The notes beneath the pieces were generated by a model, which saw only the letters and a list, made by a program, of their open reading frames with translations, did not search any database and had not been told where the DNA came from. DNA of 64,000 bases from an uncultured Chloroflexia bacterium (GTDB taxonomy: Bacteria; Chloroflexota; Limnocylindria; Limnocylindrales; CSP1-4): the NCBI GenBank assembly GCA_963720755.1, contig CAVRGP010000002.1, forward strand, positions 288,001-352,000, in the 5' to 3' direction. The position numbers were made by a program, and so were the translations under genes. Of this stretch, positions 60,383-64,000 are shown piece by piece (the first letter of the stretch is position 1; each line of letters opens with the position of its first letter).

Positions 60383-61138
60383 TTGCCGCCGCCCCCGTGT
60401 CCGGCCACCGAGTTCAAGAGCGCCGGGCACGACCTGGTGACCGCCGCCGACAAGGCGTCAGAGCGGGCGATCCTCACGGTGCTCCGCGGCGCCCGGCCGG
60501 ACGATTCCATCGTCGGCGAGGAGGGTGGATCGCACGAGGGCACGTCATCGGTGCGCTGGCTGGTGGACCCGCTGGACGGCACCGCCAACTTCGTCTACGG
60601 CCGGGCCGACTACGCGGTGTCGGTCGGCGCCACCAGCAATGGTCGGCCGGTGGCGGGCGCCATCATCCGCCCCGCGGATGGGCAGTGGCTCGCCGGTGGG
60701 ATGGGTGGGTTCCACGGCACTGCAGATGATGACTGGGCCGGCGTTCGCGCCGGCATGCCGTCGACGACCGCGGAACGCATCGCGGTGCTGCCCGCCCGGG
60801 TCGGCGGCCTGGCCGAGGCGTTGGTCGCCGTCGGACTGCCTTACTCGCTGCCTGAACGTCAGCGGGTCATGGGGTTGGTCGCAAGCCTGATGCCGCAGGT
60901 CCGTGGGGCGCGGGTGATGGGGTCCGCGGCCGGGGATCTGGCCGCCGTCACCCTGGGGCAGTGCGACGCCTTCCTCGGCTTCGGCCTTGCCGAGTGGGAC
61001 ACCGCCGCCGGGCACGCGCTGGTGCTGGCCGCGGGCGGCACCGTGCGTGTGGTGCACCCACTGAACGCCGCCGAGGTGTTGGTCGCCGGCGGATCGGCGG
61101 ACGTCGTCGATGCCCTCGCCGGGCTCATCGACCGCTGA
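60383..61138 (+). CDS. Inositol monophosphatase family protein, apparently 5'-truncated
   Basis: DLVTAAD, GEEG, WLVDPLDGTANF, GSAA, WDTAAG; first helix and a credible start are missing. Confidence 0.8.
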   Translation: MPPPPCPATEFKSAGHDLVTAADKASERAILTVLRGARPDDSIVGEEGGSHEGTSSVRWLVDPLDGTANFVYGRADYAVSVGATSNGRPVAGAIIRPADGQWLAGGMGGFHGTADDDWAGVRAGMPSTTAERIAVLPARVGGLAEALVAVGLPYSLPERQRVMGLVASLMPQVRGARVMGSAAGDLAAVTLGQCDAFLGFGLAEWDTAAGHALVLAAGGTVRVVHPLNAAEVLVAGGSADVVDALAGLIDR

Positions 61139-61304
61139 TGCGTGCCCACAACCGCCCGCGCCGGACCGGCGGCCCTTCATGGGGCGTTTGACGGTGCTGC
61201 GCGCGGCACCGTCGATCGGGCCGAACAGGGTCCGCATCCGCCGAACAGGGCGTCGAGTCGCTGAGGGATTGTTCGGAGACCCATTCCCAGCAACAGGGTG
61301 CTGG

Positions 61305-62282
61305 TCAGCGGCGCAGCAGGTCGGTCGAGACCGCCCACAGGCGCGTCGCCAGCCCTGGATCGATTGCCCATTGCTTGACGCCATGGGGGTGCTGCGCGAG
61401 GTCCGCGTCGTTCGGCACGGTGTAAGCCTCTCGCGCGTCGTCGAGATAGTGGCCGCCGGAATGGGCGAACTCCGGGGCGACTGCGGCGACGATGCTGGTG
61501 GCGGCCCCCTGCTGGACCGTTTTGTAGGTGAAAACTCCAGCGGCCTCGGCCGCGTCGAGCGACTCCCGCTGACTGGCGGTGAAGTGTCGCTGCAATCCGG
61601 TGGCGACACCGCCGGGGTTGACCGCGTTCGCCACGATGCCGTCGGACGCCCAGCGACGGGTCGCCTCGACCGCGAAGAGCGAGTTCGCCGTCTTCGACTG
61701 GGCGTAGGCAATCTGGGGGTCGTAGTGTCGACGGTCGAAGTGGATGTCGTCGAAGTCGATGCCGGCTCGCATGTGCGCCGTCGAACTGACGGACACAATC
61801 CGGGCTCCGTCGTGTTCCGACGCGCCCCTGGCCAGGGCGTCGTGCAGTCCGGTGGTGAGGGCGAAGTGCCCGAGATGGTTGGTGGCGAACTGCAATTCCC
61901 ACCCTTCTGCGGTTCGTTCCAGGCCGGCGGTGACCAGTCCGGCATTGTTGATCAACAGGTGCAGCGGGCCGCCCCAGTCCTCGACGAATCGCGTAACGCT
62001 GTTCCTGTCGGCAAGGTCGAGTCGGGCAACCCGGGGTCGAATTGCCCCGGTTGACTTTTCGATTTCCGCGGAGGCGGACTCACCCGCGGCCGGGTTCCGC
62101 ACAGCAAGGGTCACCTCGGCGCAGGCGGCGGTCAACGCACGGGCGGTTTCGATCCCGATGCCAGAGGAGCTGCCCGTCACGATTGCCCGGAGGCCGGTGA
62201 GGCTGACGCCGGCAAGCACGTCATCCGCTGTGCTGGCGGCGGTGAAGGCCGTTGAAGTGGGTGGGGAGAGGCTCATGTCCAT
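61305..62282 (-). CDS. SDR oxidoreductase (retinol dehydrogenase/WWOX-like)
   Basis: TGSSSGIG, LINNAG, TNHLGHF, YAQSK. Confidence 0.92.
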   Translation of the reverse strand: MDMSLSPPTSTAFTAASTADDVLAGVSLTGLRAIVTGSSSGIGIETARALTAACAEVTLAVRNPAAGESASAEIEKSTGAIRPRVARLDLADRNSVTRFVEDWGGPLHLLINNAGLVTAGLERTAEGWELQFATNHLGHFALTTGLHDALARGASEHDGARIVSVSSTAHMRAGIDFDDIHFDRRHYDPQIAYAQSKTANSLFAVEATRRWASDGIVANAVNPGGVATGLQRHFTASQRESLDAAEAAGVFTYKTVQQGAATSIVAAVAPEFAHSGGHYLDDAREAYTVPNDADLAQHPHGVKQWAIDPGLATRLWAVSTDLLRR

Positions 62283-62285
62283 CGA

Positions 62286-62313
62286 CTATACGCTCAAGTC
62301 AAAATGTGTATAG
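62286..62313. promoter_or_regulatory. Probable TetR operator
   Basis: ctatacgc...gtgtatag inverted repeat between the divergent SDR and tetR. Confidence 0.5.
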
Positions 62314-62342
62314 CTAATCTACAGCCCCGTACCATTGCGTGC

Positions 62343-62915
62343 ATGAGCGAACCTGAGGTCGACCATCAGTCGTTGGATCAGCCCGCGACCGATCGCCGGA
62401 CCGCCGTTCTGGACTCCGCCCTACTCACCTTCGCGCGATTCGGATACCGGAAGACCTCGATGGAGGAAATCGCCCGGGCTGCCCACATTTCCCGTCCGGG
62501 CCTGTATTTCCTTTTCACTTCCAAGGAGCAGTTGTTCCGTGCCGCGGTCACTCAGGCCCTGGAAAGGGATATCGCCGCCGTCGAAAAAGTGCTGCGGACA
62601 ACCGACTTGCCGCTGCGGATGCGACTGCTCGAGTCGTTCGATCAATGGGCGGGTCGATATGTCGGCCCGTTGGCAACCGATGTGGAAGCGGTGATCGCGG
62701 AGAATCCGGACATCCTTGGAGCCATTGTCGAGACCGCCCCCCAACGCTTTGCAGAATTGATCACCGCAGCAATCCTCATCGGGTCGGAGCGCGCGTCGGC
62801 CCACGACGTGGCACAGACGATGATCAGCGCTTCGATCGGCATCAAGCACCAGGTCACCTCCCGCCGGGCGTACCGCGAGCGGCTGGAAGTGGCCGTGGAT
62901 CTCCTGCTGCGTTGA
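62343..62915 (+). CDS. TetR-family regulator
   Basis: FARFGYRKTSMEEIARAAHISRPGLYFLF. Confidence 0.92.
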   Translation: MSEPEVDHQSLDQPATDRRTAVLDSALLTFARFGYRKTSMEEIARAAHISRPGLYFLFTSKEQLFRAAVTQALERDIAAVEKVLRTTDLPLRMRLLESFDQWAGRYVGPLATDVEAVIAENPDILGAIVETAPQRFAELITAAILIGSERASAHDVAQTMISASIGIKHQVTSRRAYRERLEVAVDLLLR

Positions 62916-63290
62916 GGCCGGCCCGACGAACGGACCGTCGATCCGACTTCTGTACCGCGTGGTGCGTTGGTGATAGGCGTACCGCTCCTTCATCAGCCAG
63001 CCCTCGCTCACCAACGCGGGAGCGTCGGCGACGGGCATCACCGGCGTGGAGGAGTGCCGGTCCTTCGGTCAGCCCGCGTTGGCCGAACGGTTCGACCAGG
63101 CAGCGCTCGACGGCCAGCTCCCGGCCGGCGCCGACACCACAGCCCTGGCTCGCTTCCCGCGATCAACTCCGACGTGCGGCAGATGCAGCGATACCCGCCC
63201 GGCCGGCACGTAGATCCTCACCAGCTCGGCAAACACCGCCCGATCGCGTTTCTCGCGGTCAGTGGTGGTTGCCAGGCGGTCCAGTGCGCG

Positions 63291-64000
63291 CTCAGCGACC
63301 GCCGCGGCCGGAGCCGGAGAACATCGAGCCGGAAAGCACCGAGGGCAGCGGTTCCCGGACGGGATCCGGGGCTCCCGCTTGGCCGCCCTCGTCATGGATG
63401 ACGCGGATCGCGGTGGATGACTCGGCGACGATCTCCCGCATGGCCTGTTCGGCGCCGGCGGGGTCCCGGGACTGGATGCAGGAAGCGACGGACGCCGTGC
63501 AGCCGGACCGCCTCGGGTTCGGCGACCCTGGGCATCAGCGAATGGCGGGTGCGGCCGGCCAACACCTCGACCACGACGTCGGCCAATCCGGCCAGCATCG
63601 GGTTGCCGGAGGCGAGCAGCAGCACCCGGTGAAAATCCGAGTCGTGGGACAGGTAGGACCCGGCGTTGGCCGAGCGGGCGGTCGACGGACATCCCGATCA
63701 CGGCGGCGGTGAGGGCACCGCACTGCTCCGGGGTGGCGTTGTCGGCGGCCAGGCGGGCCGCCAGCGGTTCGATGGCAGACCGCAGTTCACTGAGCGACTG
63801 CAGGTGACGGAGCCGGTCCGGGCCGGCCAGTCGCCAGCGAATGATGTTGAGGTCGAACGGGTTCCACTTCTCCGGCGGCAGCACGGTGATGCCGACCCGG
63901 CGGCGCACGGTGATCAGGCCCATCGAGTCCAGCACCCGGACGGCCTCCCGGATCACGGTGCGGGAGACGCCGAGCTGGGTGGCGGCGTCATCGGCGATGA
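63291..64000 (-). CDS. FadR/GntR-family regulator (starts outside the window; frameshifted; 3' end approximate)
   Basis: GVSRTVIREAVRVL, ELRSAIEP, LLLASGNPML. Confidence 0.85.

Noticed and set aside
62920-63330. Coding-like remnant between tetR and gntR
   Set aside because: No continuous frame or recognisable motif; needs BLASTX

Overview
High-GC actinobacterial chromosomal segment, judged from the SAM-IV riboswitch, actinobacterial L,D-transpeptidase, DosR-type boxes and a leaderless sORF; the genus cannot be fixed from sequence alone. It holds about 55 protein-coding genes and five tRNAs (Thr-CGT, Lys-TTT, Glu-TTC, Asp-GTC, Phe-GAA). I found no rRNA, CRISPR array, integrase or transposase. 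About a dozen genes are broken by single-base indels, most likely assembly errors. Main blocks: an aromatic/flavonoid-type catabolic cluster (1-5947); housekeeping genes (PSP1, M28 peptidase, aminobutyraldehyde dehydrogenase, LDT, ribD); accessory DNA on both sides of tRNA-Lys (secreted beta-helix enzyme, a hypoxia-type block with DosR-like boxes, araE-araD-araA without araB, a probably inactive DUF1524/Excalibur lipoprotein); YhgE/Pip and MDR transport; a SAM-IV-controlled cysteine desulfurase; and larEBC plus a HAD hydrolase without larA. The best candidate for an undescribed system is at 53556-54861: a leaderless Cys-rich leader peptide absent from the ORF track, followed by alternative hairpins, upstream of a clade-D-like beta-carbonic anhydrase (possible COS hydrolase) and a DUF4395 gene. 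It converges on the orphan nickel-pincer cofactor operon. All family assignments are by motif recognition; no searches were run.
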